This document shows, piece by piece, positions 1 through 13,500 of a stretch of DNA of 64,000 nt (its first letter is position 1; every line of letters starts with the position of its first letter). The stretch comes from Psammoneis japonica (taxonomy: Eukaryota): NCBI GenBank assembly GCA_008632985.1, contig QPGO01000052.1:124001-188000 (forward strand), in the 5' to 3' direction. The position numbers were made by a program, and so were the translations under genes. The notes beneath the pieces are model-generated. The model was not told the DNA's origin. It saw only the letters and a program-made list of their open reading frames with translations, and ran no database searches.

Positions 1-89
1 ACTTCTCCCTATCAAGTCTCCCTCTCACATGCAAGCTTCGTTATCTTATCCAACTCTTGTGCAGCTGCTGGAAGCGGTTCGAATTGAAT

Positions 90-3000
90 ATGCCGAGATT
101 CACGGCACCATCATCATCGGATGAAGATTCGCCGTCGGCAAATCCTCTCTACGAAAAACTGACTCTTGATTCGCACATATCTAAAAGGAGGAGGGGAAAA
201 CGAGACAAGGATCGGAATTGGTCTAAGCGACGGAAGTTATCTGATGAAGCGAACAAAGCTCCAAAGTATCATTCAAACGGGGTGAGGAATCACCAAAGAG
301 AGCTCGACTCGAAACGGTCTTCAGAGCCCCTCCGCGCCCGCCAAAGCTCGCGTGAGACGGGCCGCGCTGAAACTATCCAATACCAAGAATATCTGACGTG
401 GACGGAGATTGATAAAAGCCTAGGGCCTATTCTCGGGGAATGCGACACTTCAACGACCCTACTTGGTTAGGAGGCCGATTGGATTGTCGGAAGAAGAAAC
501 GAAAGCTCTGACCACGACTCGAGTTTGCAACGATTTCAAACCATTTCAAGGGCCCAGTAATGAAATTCGAAAACGAAATCAAGGTAAGCGACACGCATTT
601 CATTTTGTTGCCAGCGCGATCACGACACTTTCTTCTCATCGACTTCATCTCTTTCTTTTGAATTTAGAAATAGCGAAGGCACCTTCTGCCTGGCATTATT
701 TTGTCAACGATACGAAACCGGCAGTCACTCCCAAGCAAACTTCGAGCAATACTATGGAATCGAGCAGAGCTCTAGAGGCAAACGGATTATCGTCTGACAC
801 GAAAGCCGGGAGTGCCGTTGTCTTGGACGCGTCTGGTGTTGTGAATCAGCGTGATACCAGCCCAGCTAGATTCAAGACGCAAGGGGGCACTGGAGGCCGC
901 CCGGTGCTTGTCAATAGCACGAATCATCAAAGCCTTCGCCGCGCTTCCTCTGGCAACCATTCAACTCGGACAAGGACATTTTCTTCTGCAGCCACTCCAC
1001 CCAAGAAGAAAACGCATCGGCCACTCTATCCCATTCCGGGTGTTTGCGAGACGAACGAAAAGGAAAACCAAGAAGCTGAACAAAACAAAGTCAACTGCAT
1101 TTCGTCCAAAGCTCCGCCCAACAGAGGTGTCAGGTCTACCAGCCGCAGTAAAGCAAATTCCGCATCACTTGATAGAGTACGCACTGCGTCGACAGTGGAT
1201 GCTGGCCTCGACAAATCCAGCTCCAAACGGAGTGGTCCTTCCGCAAAAGCGACACCTGCCACAAATGAAAACGTCTTTGCAGCCACCGCAGATTCAATGT
1301 TAGGTGCAAATAAGAGTCCTGAAAACAGTGGCTTGTCAGGGCACACTGTTTCAAATGTTCGCGGTAAGACATTGGTTTGATTTGTTTGCATCTTGTGTTT
1401 TTTCTTTACCCAATGCTCATTCTTGTCAATTTTTGTCTTGAATCTGCTATCCTTTAGTAGATGGCGCATCTATCAACACCCGGGCTGCTACGACAGTGGA
1501 AGTTGTCGCCAATGGATCAACATCAAGGGAGGACACAACTCAAGTTGCCAGTGGATCCGAAGTGCGAAGTGGGAAATCTCCTTCTGCCACTTTTTTGATT
1601 GGTGCAACCATGGGTATAGGAAGCACGCCCACTGCTGATGGACAAGAACGGGACGCCCTCAAGAAGACATCCGCTTCACCGCGTCAGTTTCCTGTTGCCC
1701 ACAACAAGGAAGGGCCAACCAAACATTTCATACCTCCTTTTTCCCATTACAATGCAGAGCCAACCGAAGATACGGCAAACGACTACGACCACACGGGGGA
1801 AAATCTTATAAGAAATGACAGTTCCATATCTCGATTGAGTGTGTACGATGCAGATTCGTTCGAGGTGAAGGGAGAAGAAGAAGCAAATAAAGAAGTCGTT
1901 GATAGCACCGTTATAGCCGCATCAGTCACACGAGTGCGCAATCTTGCCTCTGGAGTACCCCAAGTTGCGAACGGAACTGATGAGATGACCAACTTACAGG
2001 GACCATGTTCGGCAAGACGCCGCGACCAAGTTCAAGGTAAGAAAATCGACTCGCTTTTTGTTGCTGCCTGTGCGAATTGATTGTTGTTGCCACGACCTCC
2101 TTCATACCTTGCCAGTGCCTTCTCCTTTGTTTCAAATAGACGCAGACAATGGATCTTCTTGCGACAATAAAGGGCTGCTTGTTATCTCCCATGAAGAGGG
2201 AGAGGAGCAGGCCAAGGCACCCACGCCTTTCGCGAAAGCCGGCGACCGTGAATCTAGTGGATTAGGTACCTGTAGCTCGTTCATTGGAGGAGCGTCCGAC
2301 GGGTGTGGCCTTGCTTCGAAGGCACCCGCTAGAACGACTAAGAACGTTACCTCCGATGGGTCAATGGATCCAACCAGCAAATTCTCAGACATTTCTTCGA
2401 AAGAATCAGTTTTTACCCTGGATTCGGAAATGCCGAAGGGCAAGAGCAGTGAATGTTGTCCACAAAATGAAACCGCTGTGACCGTCACGGACTCATTACC
2501 AACGCAAGACCCGAGCGAGGAATGGAACGAAGAAGTCGATGACCGCTGCAAGCCCAACACCAAAGATTCTGCCATTTCAGAATCAGCGATACAAGTGCAC
2601 AGTGTTGCCTCTAGATCGTCACAAGCTGCAAACATATCCGATGCAATGGCCTCCTTGAACGGAGAAAGTCCCGCAAGAAAACGCAATCGAATTATAGGTA
2701 GAGAATATCTCGTGTTGTTGCTACTTGCACGACCGTAATTGTTGTTGACGCAATCTGCTGCAAATCAGTTTCAGATCATTTGCTGAATACAGACATAGGC
2801 AATGAATCTTCTGGTGACGATAAATCGCAGCGGTTTCTCTATGACTCTGATGAAGAAGAGGAAGGAGAAGTCAATGCGCCCGGATACTGCACGACAGTTG
2901 GCGACCGCGGAGCTAGCACTGTGGGCTACTCTGCCGCCGAGGCAGGAGCCTCCAATGTCTCTACTGAGGATACCGAAACAGCTACAATTGGTGACTTGAG

Positions 3001-4025
3001 CGGCGTACGCTTGGAGGATCCGTCTGCTACTGCGACCGGGACTCTGAGGTAGTTTGCTCCTGTCAAGGAAACTGCCAAACCGTCGAGAAAAGAACGTGTG
3101 AACAGAAGAAATAACGCGGTTGTGGGTGCTAGAATTATGCCCCTAGCCGAGGCTAAAGAACACGGATTTTGTTACGACAAAAGGCGCGTGCCGGTCGGAT
3201 ATTGCATTCCGGACACTTCATTTCGTATTCTGAAGCGCATGATTCCGGACAAAAAGGAGAGAGCGAAACAAGATATTTCTAAGCTGGCGATTCGAAACGA
3301 ATTAGCTCCAAGACGCGAATGGGTATCGGCCAAGAAATTCATACCGTTTTTGAGAGTAAAGGATTCGAAGCGCAAAAGTTACGCCACAACGAAAACCAAA
3401 GTAAACTGGAATTGCTTCTAAAAGGAGAGGGCGTGTATCTTGTGATCATTGATTTTGGGACGAGGTTGGCAGGAAAGTCAAACACGCAGTGGCATATTTT
3501 GCAGAGAATGGCGTCCTTATGGACACTCAGCCTCGTCTTACCTATGTCAAGCTTGATGAAAGGGATCGGGAGTTGTTGAATCGCCGAGACGACAACGCGA
3601 AACAGACAGCCAGAGAGATCTTTTGGACGTTATTTGATCAGCGAAATATCATCGACAGCATATTCAAGATCACAAGGAAAGTGGATCCGACAGCGGCATT
3701 AAGTCAAAAAGATAAGGAAGACACTTCTTCAGATACCAACAAGGTTGTAAGACAAGTGGAACCGACCGTGGGAGCAAGTCCAATGGAGGAGGACGACACA
3801 GCTTCATATGTACTCAAGAGACAAGAACCCTTAGATGAACAACAAGAACGGATAAAACAAAACAGGAGACAGAGACGCGCAAGAAACAAAAAGAGAAGGA
3901 AAGAGGCCAAACAGGCGAAGAGGGAGGAAGAAAGAGGCTCTCAGAAATGGCTGCTTCGACCGAATAGATGTGTTCGAATCCTACGACTGTTGCAACGACA
4001 CCGTTTTCACTACACAAGAAAATAA
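90..4025 (+). CDS. Multi-exon orphan gene 'A': long low-complexity S/T/E/K-rich region plus a conserved C-terminal globular domain (GYCIPD...KGFEAQ...EGVYLVI...HAVAYFAENGVLMDT); function unknown
   Basis: ATG at 90. GT-AG introns at about 584-670, 1364-1460, 2037-2139 and 2698-2774 join ORFs 57-470, 463-1380, 1496-2080, 2058-2738, 2780-3421 and 3319-4025. Collinear homology to the inverted paralog at 37550-41530. Several 1-bp frame breaks (about 465, 3040, 3350, 3470); those at 3040 and 3350 sit in homopolymers, so they are probably sequencing indels. Confidence 0.65.
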
Positions 4026-5625
4026 ATTGGAAAGTATAAATTATACCGGTATTTTGACTAGCTAGCTCTAGCTAGAGAAGAATCTAGAGCAACAGGAGGA
4101 GCAAAGCAGCGCCATCTTTTTGCTGGTCGGACGTCGTAGTTGAGCAAACCACTGTACGGTACCGTAGCTAAAAGCGGGCACCACAAAATAGCCAATTTAG
4201 ATCACAAAAATGACATCACGAGAAGGCGTTGCGTGCAAAATTGAATGCGTGTAAGTAGAGCGCCATTATTTTGGGAAAGTATCTATTCTGAAACGAGAAA
4301 AGATTTGAGCTATAAGTACAGTTTGTGAGCATAGCTGCGTACGAGTGAAAACCTTACGAAACAACAAGCGAACACCCAGAACAGCAAACCACTTGCTTTG
4401 GTTGAAATCTATCTCCCCCCTTGTTCAATAATATCATTCGTACCTTCGCTCTGTTTGTGTTAGCCTCCTTAGTATGGCCGGCTGAGAACAAATGTAAATG
4501 GAATCGGCAAAGGTCAAGTGACTGGCCACGTCCCACGTCTTTCAACGCTCTGTTCCTCCTCACCGTCCTCACGACAACTGACAGCAAAAGAACCAACTTG
4601 GCATTCTTATTTCCACAAACACAACGATGAACTCCAGTCTCCACCCTGGTCTTGATAACCCTTCACGAAACATGGTGGATAGACAATGTGTAGTCTCGTT
4701 GCAACGTCCGCCACGGAAATATTGTGAGTTCAAGCGTCCAAGACGAATTCACCACGACAACTCTAGCCATCTACAGCACCGCATTGCCCATGGAGCAGAC
4801 CAGACTAGACATTAACACCAATTTGATGGTCGTTGTCACAATATACTGTCGGCTGTCGGCACGACGAGTGTCATTATTTTTGCACGCTAGTTGCCATTGC
4901 CAGCCCGGCAACATCATATCATTGTGGGAATAGAACGAAAAGGCAAAAATTTTGATTCAAGAGCGTGAGGCTGAATTCCGCATAGCACGCGAAACGAAGT
5001 GCAGTGGGTGTACGAAAGCTAATGAAGGTTTGGAGCAAACGATTACTTGCTCAAGGTCACCATCGTCGGCGGTTGGCGACAGGCGACATGGAGGCAGGCG
5101 ACAGGCGACCCAGCCAGCAGCCAGCCATTTTCAGAGCTTCGAAATCGAGTGGCTTCCGGCTTCCAGATCCGAGTCAGCGGGCTCTTTGAAAACTAATACT
5201 TATGTATATATTCTAGAGCAACATAATTTATATTTCATTAAATATGATAGATACGAAAAGTAAATTTACATTTAAACATCTACATATCTTATTTCATCAG
5301 TGATCCTGTGCTATGTTCTCTTCTGTACATACAGTGCTGAATAAGTTTCGCAGCGCATCGCTGTTTCTCTTTTTTCGGCGAGCGAGCCAGTTTTCAAAAC
5401 CAAAACTGAAACTGCTCAGAACTTCGCCAACACAATGATAGGCGGCGATATCCGTGCGATTGTAGTAGTCGACAATGGACAATCCATCAAGCTGTCCTGC
5501 TCCGAGTGAAGCTCCAAACAGAACACCGAGTACAAGCCCTGCTCCCAGCTTGGAGCACAGTGCTCTAACGCCAATGCCTTTCCATCCACCGAGAGCGAGT
5601 CCCGCTCAGAATGATGTACAGACTC

Positions 5626-5650
5626 ACACGACACGACACGACACGACACG
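5626..5650 (+). repeat. (ACACG)5 microsatellite
   Basis: Five direct copies of acacg. Confidence 0.9.
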
Positions 5651-5660
5651 ACAACCGAGT

Positions 5661-6285
5661 CGTAGTCCTGCTCGAGTGATACGCCTAGTACGACTCCAAG
5701 TAGCAGCCCAGCGCCGAGCTCTAGTCCAAATGCAGCTCCGTTGTAGCTAACAACTGAACACTCGATGTACGTAAATTCCAAAATTGTGAGCATCAAAAAA
5801 GTAAAGTTTTTGGTAAAGACTGACGCGTGTTTCGCTCTTGTTGTCGTTGTCAAAGTTTGAAAGTCCCGCACCAAGTGATACGCCCAGTACGACTCCAAGT
5901 AGCAGCCCAGCGCCGAGCTCTAGTCCAAACGCAGCTCCGTTGTAGCCAATAACTGCACACTCAATGTACGTAAATTCCAAATTTGTGAGTATAAAAAAGT
6001 GAAGTTTTTGGTAAAGACTGACGCGTGTTTCGCTCTTGTTGTCGTTGTCAAAGTTTGAAAGGGACCCCGTCGTAGTCCCGCACCGAGTGATACGCCCAGT
6101 ACGACTCCAAGTAGCAGCCCAGCGCCGAGCTCTAGTCCAAACGCAGCTCCGTTGTAGCCAATAACTGCACACTCGATCGATGTACGTAATTCCAAATTTG
6201 TGAGTATAAAAAAGGGAAGTTTTTGGTAAAGACTGACGCGTGTTTTGCTCTTGTTGTCGTTGTCAAAGTTTGAAAGGGACCCCGT
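5661..6285 (+). repeat. Three-copy tandem repeat of about 200-212 bp; each unit is a Pro/Ser/Thr-coding exon plus an intron-like segment
   Basis: gtgatacgcc.agtacgactccaagtagcagcccagcgccgagctctagtcc... starts at about 5676, 5875 and 6087. It reads SPAPSDTPSTTPSSSPAPSSSPNAAPL*, followed by GTACGT...actgac...tcaaAG. Confidence 0.9.
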
Positions 6286-6359
6286 CGCCTAAAACTACCC
6301 CGATCCAATGGCTCCGTCAACCCTGGGGCCCAAAAAAGTATCTACACTTTATCCTACAT

Positions 6360-7273
6360 CAATTCCGAATCGGCTTGGCCCACCTGCTCCGCCTCTCGCA
6401 CTATTGTACTGAGTCCGAATCCAAGTCCTCCCACTACTACACCGGATCCGATCCGATCCAACTCCATCACCGACATTAGCCACTTCTGCTTGGGACAGAG
6501 AGAGCCAAGGGAATGTCCACACTTGGACGTAGCATTTTTTTAGCAATCCCTTTTCGTTGGCTGCACCTTGAGCTCTCTTGTCCCACACAGCAACCCTTAA
6601 TTTGATGAGGGTTTATTGGTTGGATCTGGCAACAGCGTACTGAGCCCGATCCTGCCACACAAACAACCCGACACCGTTCCTACTCACCAATTCCGAATCG
6701 GCTTGGCCCATCTGCTCCACCTCTTGCACTGCTGTACCGAGTCCGAATCCAAGTCCTCCCACTACTACGCCGAATCCGAATCCGATCCAACTCCATCACC
6801 GACATTAGCCACTTCTGCTTGGGACAGAGAGAGCCAAGGGAATGTCCACACTTGGACGTAGCATTTTTTAGCAATCCCTTTTCGTTGGCTGCACCTTGAG
6901 CTCTCTTGTCCCACACAGCAACCCTTAATTTGATGAGGGTTTATTGGTTGGATCTGGCAACAGCGTACTGAGCCCGATCCTGCCACACAAACAACCCGAC
7001 ACCGTTCCCTACTCACCAATTCCGAATCGGCTTGGCCCATCTGCTCCACCTCTTGCACTGCTGTACCGAGTCCGAATCTAGTCCTCCCACTACTACGCCG
7101 AATCCGAATCCGATCCAACTCCATCACCGACATTAGCTACTTCTGCTTGGGACAGAGAGAGCCAAGGGAATGTCCACACTGGACGTAGCATTTTTTTAGC
7201 AATCCCTTTTCGTTGGCTGCACCTTGAGCTCTCTTGTCCCACACAGCAACCTTAATTTGATGAGGGTTCATTG
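6360..7273 (+). repeat. Tandem repeat of about 328 bp, at least three near-identical copies running into the assembly gap
   Basis: caattccgaatcggcttggccca recurs at about 6360, 6688 and 7017; the unit contains a PSPNPSPPTTTPNP-type coding stretch. Confidence 0.92.
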
Positions 7274-8200
7274 NNNNNNNNNNNNNNNNNNNNNNNNNNN
7301 NNNNNNNNNNNNNNNNNNNNNNNNNNNNNNNNNNNNNNNNNNNNNNNNNNNNNNNNNNNNNNNNNNNNNNNNNNNNNNNNNNNNNNNNNNNNNNNNNNNN
7401 NNNNNNNNNNNNNNNNNNNNNNNNNNNNNNNNNNNNNNNNNNNNNNNNNNNNNNNNNNNNNNNNNNNNNNNNNNNNNNNNNNNNNNNNNNNNNNNNNNNN
7501 NNNNNNNNNNNNNNNNNNNNNNNNNNNNNNNNNNNNNNNNNNNNNNNNNNNNNNNNNNNNNNNNNNNNNNNNNNNNNNNNNNNNNNNNNNNNNNNNNNNN
7601 NNNNNNNNNNNNNNNNNNNNNNNNNNNNNNNNNNNNNNNNNNNNNNNNNNNNNNNNNNNNNNNNNNNNNNNNNNNNNNNNNNNNNNNNNNNNNNNNNNNN
7701 NNNNNNNNNNNNNNNNNNNNNNNNNNNNNNNNNNNNNNNNNNNNNNNNNNNNNNNNNNNNNNNNNNNNNNNNNNNNNNNNNNNNNNNNNNNNNNNNNNNN
7801 NNNNNNNNNNNNNNNNNNNNNNNNNNNNNNNNNNNNNNNNNNNNNNNNNNNNNNNNNNNNNNNNNNNNNNNNNNNNNNNNNNNNNNNNNNNNNNNNNNNN
7901 NNNNNNNNNNNNNNNNNNNNNNNNNNNNNNNNNNNNNNNNNNNNNNNNNNNNNNNNNNNNNNNNNNNNNNNNNNNNNNNNNNNNNNNNNNNNNNNNNNNN
8001 NNNNNNNNNNNNNNNNNNNNNNNNNNNNNNNNNNNNNNNNNNNNNNNNNNNNNNNNNNNNNNNNNNNNNNNNNNNNNNNNNNNNNNNNNNNNNNNNNNNN
8101 NNNNNNNNNNNNNNNNNNNNNNNNNNNNNNNNNNNNNNNNNNNNNNNNNNNNNNNNNNNNNNNNNNNNNNNNNNNNNNNNNNNNNNNNNNNNNNNNNNNN
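7274..8200. other. Assembly gap (N run)
   Basis: Continuous Ns. Confidence 1.
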
Positions 8201-9200
8201 TCATTTTGTTTTGGGTTTTTGCATGTCGAGAGTTCTCTTTTGCTCCCCTCTTGTTGGGTCGTCCAGTCAGACACCCTGACTGAAAGCTTTCGTGCACCAC
8301 TCTCATGCAAAAATTTCACTCAACTGTCCCACTGATCTTTTTAGCCAGGGATCTTACAGGCAAGAACAATGCAGAGGCCTTGAAGGCCGTTGCGTGCTCT
8401 TCAACATTTCATTGCTTGCCGCAGCAACTGTGTGATCATTCAGGGTGGTCTCCTGTGTCTGTTTCTTGACAGCTGCTCTTCATCGTCAAACCCAACACAG
8501 CTGCATCAAGGGAGTGCAACCTTTCAGCTTTAGATTTCTTGCAAGTCAAGAGTTTCCCTTTTGCTCCCCTCTTGTCAGGTCATTCAATTGGGTGCCCAAA
8601 TTGAAAGCTTCTGCGTGCTGTCCTCATGCAACAACTTCACCCAGCAACCTTTCCAATCTTTTTAGCAAGGAATCTCATGGGTGAGAACAGAACGGAGGCT
8701 TTGGAAGTCACACTCTGCAACATTTGATTGTGCGCCACAGCAACTTTGTGATCCTGGGTGGTCTTCTGTGTCTGTTTCTCAGCTCTGTGACCTTTCATGT
8801 CTTTTGTCTCACTGCAGCAACTGTGTGATTTGGGGTGGTCTCTTGTTTCTGTTTTTTGACAGTTCTTCATCCTCAAACCCAGTGCAGCTGCATCATGGAA
8901 GTGCAGCCCTCCAGTTTTTGGATTTCTTGCAAGTTGAGAGTTTCCCTTTTGCTCTTCTCTTGTCAGGTCTTTCAGTTGGGTGCCCAAACCAAAGCTTCCG
9001 CACACTGCTCTCATGCAACAATTTCATCCAGCGACCTTTCTAATCTTTTTGGCAAGGGATCTTGCAGGTGAGAACAGAGTGGAGGCTTTAGAAGTCACAC
9101 TCTTCAATGTTTCATTGCTCGCCACAGCGGCTTTGTGGTTCTGGGTGGTCTTCTGCATCTGATTCTCAGCTCTGCAACCTTTGATGTCTTTCATCTCTTT
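8201..9200. repeat. Degenerate three-copy tandem repeat (periods about 320 and 388 bp)
   Basis: gca.gtc/tg/aagag...ttttgctc..ctcttgt recurs at about 8221, 8541 and 8929. Confidence 0.85.
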
Positions 9201-9499
9201 GGATTGTGTTGGAAGAACATGTGTGCAAGTCAATCAAGATTTGTTCAAAGGTTTGCCATGTGCTGCTCCAGATGTCAGAGGGTGTGGCAAATGGCGTTGA
9301 GGGTGGAATTGATCTTTTGCCATGTCACTTCATCTGAGACAGCAATTGCCATTTTTGGTGATCTCTGAGAGAGCCAAAAAGAAGCAATGCCATAGCAAAG
9401 AGGCTGGAGACCATGGCACCCTTGCTTTCTGCGGCAGCACTGAGATGTGTTCCCAGAGCACATGAGTCAGATTTCTGTCCCATCACATTTTGAAGCCAT

Positions 9500-10560
9500 G
9501 GTCAGGCGACTCTTAATGAAACATCAAGCGGCGCCACCTGGCAATGTGGAAAAATCAGAACATGCAGGGGGGCAGGCGATGGCACCTGCAATGGCTTTGA
9601 ATGTTCTTGGAATGAGATGCAACATGTTCTGTGCACAAACCAGAAACTGCAGTGGGCAAAGTCATGGGGTTTTTCAAGGAGATTCATTTGCCAATTTCCC
9701 CACAACACTGAGCACCAGGATGTTGCTTTCACATGCTTCTCTGAACTTCAGAAACAACTTCTGTAAAAGCCAAAATGTGTTTGTTGTAGCAGCATCACAC
9801 TGTCAAGCTCCACAGCATGTCCAGCCTTTAAGCTGTTGTCAGCAGGTCAAAAAAACCTGCAAGAAACAGTGCATGGATGTGTTGCTTGCATGCAGGGTGT
9901 CAGCTTTCATTTCCCACCCCAGCGGCATCCATCATTTCCACATGTTTTGTTTTCCTGGAAAGCTGGCCACTCATGGCAGCACAACAATGTGTCAAATCAT
10001 TTGCCACAACAAGATGGTCGACATTCCCAGAGCACATTTGCTAGATTCCCATCCCAGCACCACATGCTTTGGAGCCACGGTTGGTTGATTCTCAATGAAA
10101 TGTCAAAAGGTGATGCATGGTGATGTTGAAAAATCAGGAAATGTGTGGAACCACTGCTGTGATGCCTGCAATTGCTTTGCATTTGTTTTTGAAGCAAGTT
10201 GCAACATCTTCAGTGCACACACTCCGTGGAAGCTGCAACAGGCAAAATTGTGGTCCCTGAAGGAGACTCATTTGCTGCTTTCTTTGCATCACCAAGCTCC
10301 AGAACACTGCTTTCTGCATGCTTCTGGGTTTCTCTTTGAAAATGTCTTCCACAAACCTCAAAATGTGCCTGTCATTGCAGTGCTGTGATGCCAAGCTTCA
10401 CAGCTTGCCTTGCCTTCCAGCAGCTGTCAGTGGGTCAAAAAAACCTGCAAAGGTGGTGTGCTGCTCACAGGGTGTGAGCTTTTGTTTGCCCAACCCAGCG
10501 CTGCTGTTGTCTCCACATTTTTCATTTCCCTTGCAAGCTGGGCACCTGTGACAGTGTGAC
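9500..10560. repeat. Degenerate direct duplication, period about 585 bp
   Basis: gaaaaatcag at about 9549 and 10128; ggtcaaaaaaacctgcaa at about 9845 and 10433. Confidence 0.7.
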
Positions 10561-13500
10561 AATTTGTCAAAATCATTTCTCTCAATGAGACAGCCAATGT
10601 TTGCTCAACTCTCAGCACAGATTTCCCAAGTGAGAAAATTGCTGTGTTTGGTGAAGAGATGTTCTGCACCAGAGGCAGCCTGCCACTGATGTGTTCTTCC
10701 TGTCTGAGCAAAAAAGAAATTCCATCCAAAGTCAGCAGCATCTGAAAAAAGCTGACAAAGGCTCAGATGTTCATGCCAAAATGATGCACAGGCAAAGGGA
10801 GTGCAGTGCCATGCAGCCTGCGAGAATTGCAAGGTGAAACAACACATCTTTGTGCAAGGCAACCAGGTCCTCAAGCTCATCCACCTGTTTCACCCATTGC
10901 CCTGCACACTGCCAGGACCATGCGGTGCTCAAGCCAATGGTGTGAGCCAAAGTGCAGAGTCTAGCGGCACCAAGTGTCCATGTCTGTCCAACCCACTGTG
11001 GTTGTCTTCCATGCTGCAAAGAACTGCACTCTTGCTTCTGGCACTCTTTCAAATGCAGTTGCATGTTTTTTGTTGCCAGAGTTGAAAAGAAAGCCACACA
11101 CATCACAAGCACTCAATGCAACAACTCGTTGACAGCATGTCACAGGCAGCAGGACTGACTGGCTCTGATTTTTTTGCCGGCTTGTCTGTCTGTCTCAATG
11201 CCAACCACACTTGGGCTCTTTTCTCCTGCTTGCTTTGGGAGGAAGAAATCCATTGTTGGCATGGCTTCATTTGCACTGTCATTGCTGCTTGCAGATGAAG
11301 ATGACAGCATGAAGTCACCTCAAATTCTCTGATTCTTGGGAGCACAACAGTGTGCGTGCAAGCTGCTGAGGCAAAACATCATTGCAACAGTGTGGTGTTG
11401 TTGCCCCCTGCTCTCCATCTTTGCCACACTGGATGCAGTGGAAAAAAGTTGAGTGGGCAAGTGGCTGCACAGCAGAGTTGCACAGTGAACATGTGGCCAG
11501 TTGAAGCCAATGATTTAGAGTTTGTGAAAATGCCAAATGCACAAACAAGGGTTGGGGACACCTTGTTTTGGTCTGTGACTCCGGCACAGCACCAGAAAAT
11601 GAACAACAGCCAGCACAGCATGTGCAGCTGTGTTGTGTTTGCACCAGTGTGGATTTCTTGCAAGTGCCATCAAGTGGGTTTCAGCACCAACATTTGTGTC
11701 AGTAAAAAGTGCAGAAATTCTGGCTTGAGGCTGTTGCTGAAGACAGAGTTGCTGCTGCTGTGGCAGCACTCTTTGCCAACATCCAAAAGATGCTGTGGCC
11801 TCACTGCCATTTGCTCCAATGCAGCAAATCAAGAAATCCCACATTGGGTGCATTTCTTTCTCCTGGGCAAGTGTAAGAAGTGCTCACCTTGCTTTGCACC
11901 AGCACTCTTGAGCAGCAGACTGGGGCATGCCAAGTGCCAGCAACCATGCCCCAACGACAACAAAAGAAAACACTCAATTTTCTTCAAAGCACAAGGCACT
12001 TGACATGGGTGCTGCTGACTGTCCCAGCTGATCTCTCAATCCAGAAGCACAGAAAGGCACCAAGCTCAAAACTCACAGGTGCCCTGCAAGAATGTGAACA
12101 CCTGCTGGAGTGTTTCTCAAAGACCAGCTTGTGCTCCTTTGCTGTTGAAGTTGTTGGTGTGGAAGAACCAAAACTGGAGTTGGCACTCATGGTTGTTCTT
12201 GGAAAGAATGTCGCCTTGTGCAAGCACAGCTTTGCAGCAGATGAGCATCTAAAAATGCTGCAAAATCCTGACAAGGTGCTTGGCAGTTGTGGCAGCAATG
12301 TGAAGCCTGCTTTGAAGAGGCCAGCTGCAAGATTAAAGAAAGAGTGTGTCACAAGCAAGAGACTTGCACAAAGCATTTGGTCAAAGCCACTGGTTGTGTG
12401 AAAGACTTTCCAGGCAACAAAGCACACAATGACCAGCTGATGGAATTGGAAGACAAAGAAGAAAGCAATGATGAAGCACATTGTTTGGGACCTGACTTTG
12501 ACAGAGCAAGTGGGGCTGGTGCCAGACAGTTGTGTGCAAACCAAATGTGTCAGTGTGCTGCCAGCTCACAAGTTGCATGTTTTACATTTTCAAATCCTTC
12601 CAACCAACTTTGAAAAATAAAGCTTGAAAACAAACACAGCCTTTTGAGACAGATTGTCCATCATGCAAGACACTTCATCTTGTGTGTCACCCAAACATCA
12701 GCTCTCTAACATGCCAAACTTTTCACAGGGAACACATTGTGGTGTCCAGAGTCAAACATCCAACCGACACAAACAACAACGCAGTGGTTGTGTGAAAAAC
12801 AGCAAAGCAACAGCTTTGTGCCCATCAAATCTTCAACAACACAACTTCTGGGCTTGTTGCAAATCACTTCTCTCTGTGCAGATGGTGATGCTTCAAAGCT
12901 GCGACAGTTTTTGGAGGAAACCTGTGTTGCAAAAACCCTTCATTTGAGCTGCAAACACAAGTTGATGATTGCCAGCTGCACCACAGCTGGTGGACACATT
13001 GATGTTGTCTGCAGTGCAACCCTTGCAAGGGAGAAAAATGCACAAGAAGTGTTTTCTGAGCCTTTCTTTGGGAGTCTGGCTGGACAACAACCACCAGTTG
13101 TTGACAACCTGCACTGAGCTGCACATTGTAGAACATTTTCTTGTGGCAACTTGCATGCTTTGCTGGGCTTTAGACTCTGAACAGCCTTGACTGCTTCTGG
13201 GTGCTGCCCTGCTTTTAAAATTGCACATGGCCTGTTCCCACAAACAGCATTTTTGATGTTGACTGGCTGCTGTCCAAGTTCAAAAACCAAGAGGCTCTTC
13301 TTCTCCTGTTTTGTTGTCATCTGCCACAGAGTGCTCCTTGGCTTCTTCTGCATCAAGCACTTGCACTTTGTCTGCTTCTTGACAAAAATCTTTCTGAAGT
13401 TTTCTTGACAAGAATCTTTCTGAAGTTCTTCTTGTTTCTTCAATTTCCCAACCTGCTGTTGGCTCAGCAGCACTCAAATGTTTGAGCATTGTTTTTTTGG

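Noticed and set aside
4354..5482. Short ORFs between gene A and the tandem arrays
   Set aside because: No recognisable motifs or consistent exon structure; treated as intergenic.
5661..7273. Possible CRISPR array
   Set aside because: Units are 200-330 bp near-identical repeats without unique spacers; no cas genes; eukaryotic context.
7137..8335. Long ORFs spanning the first N gap, and similar ORFs across 40687-40953
   Set aside because: Artefacts of translating Ns.
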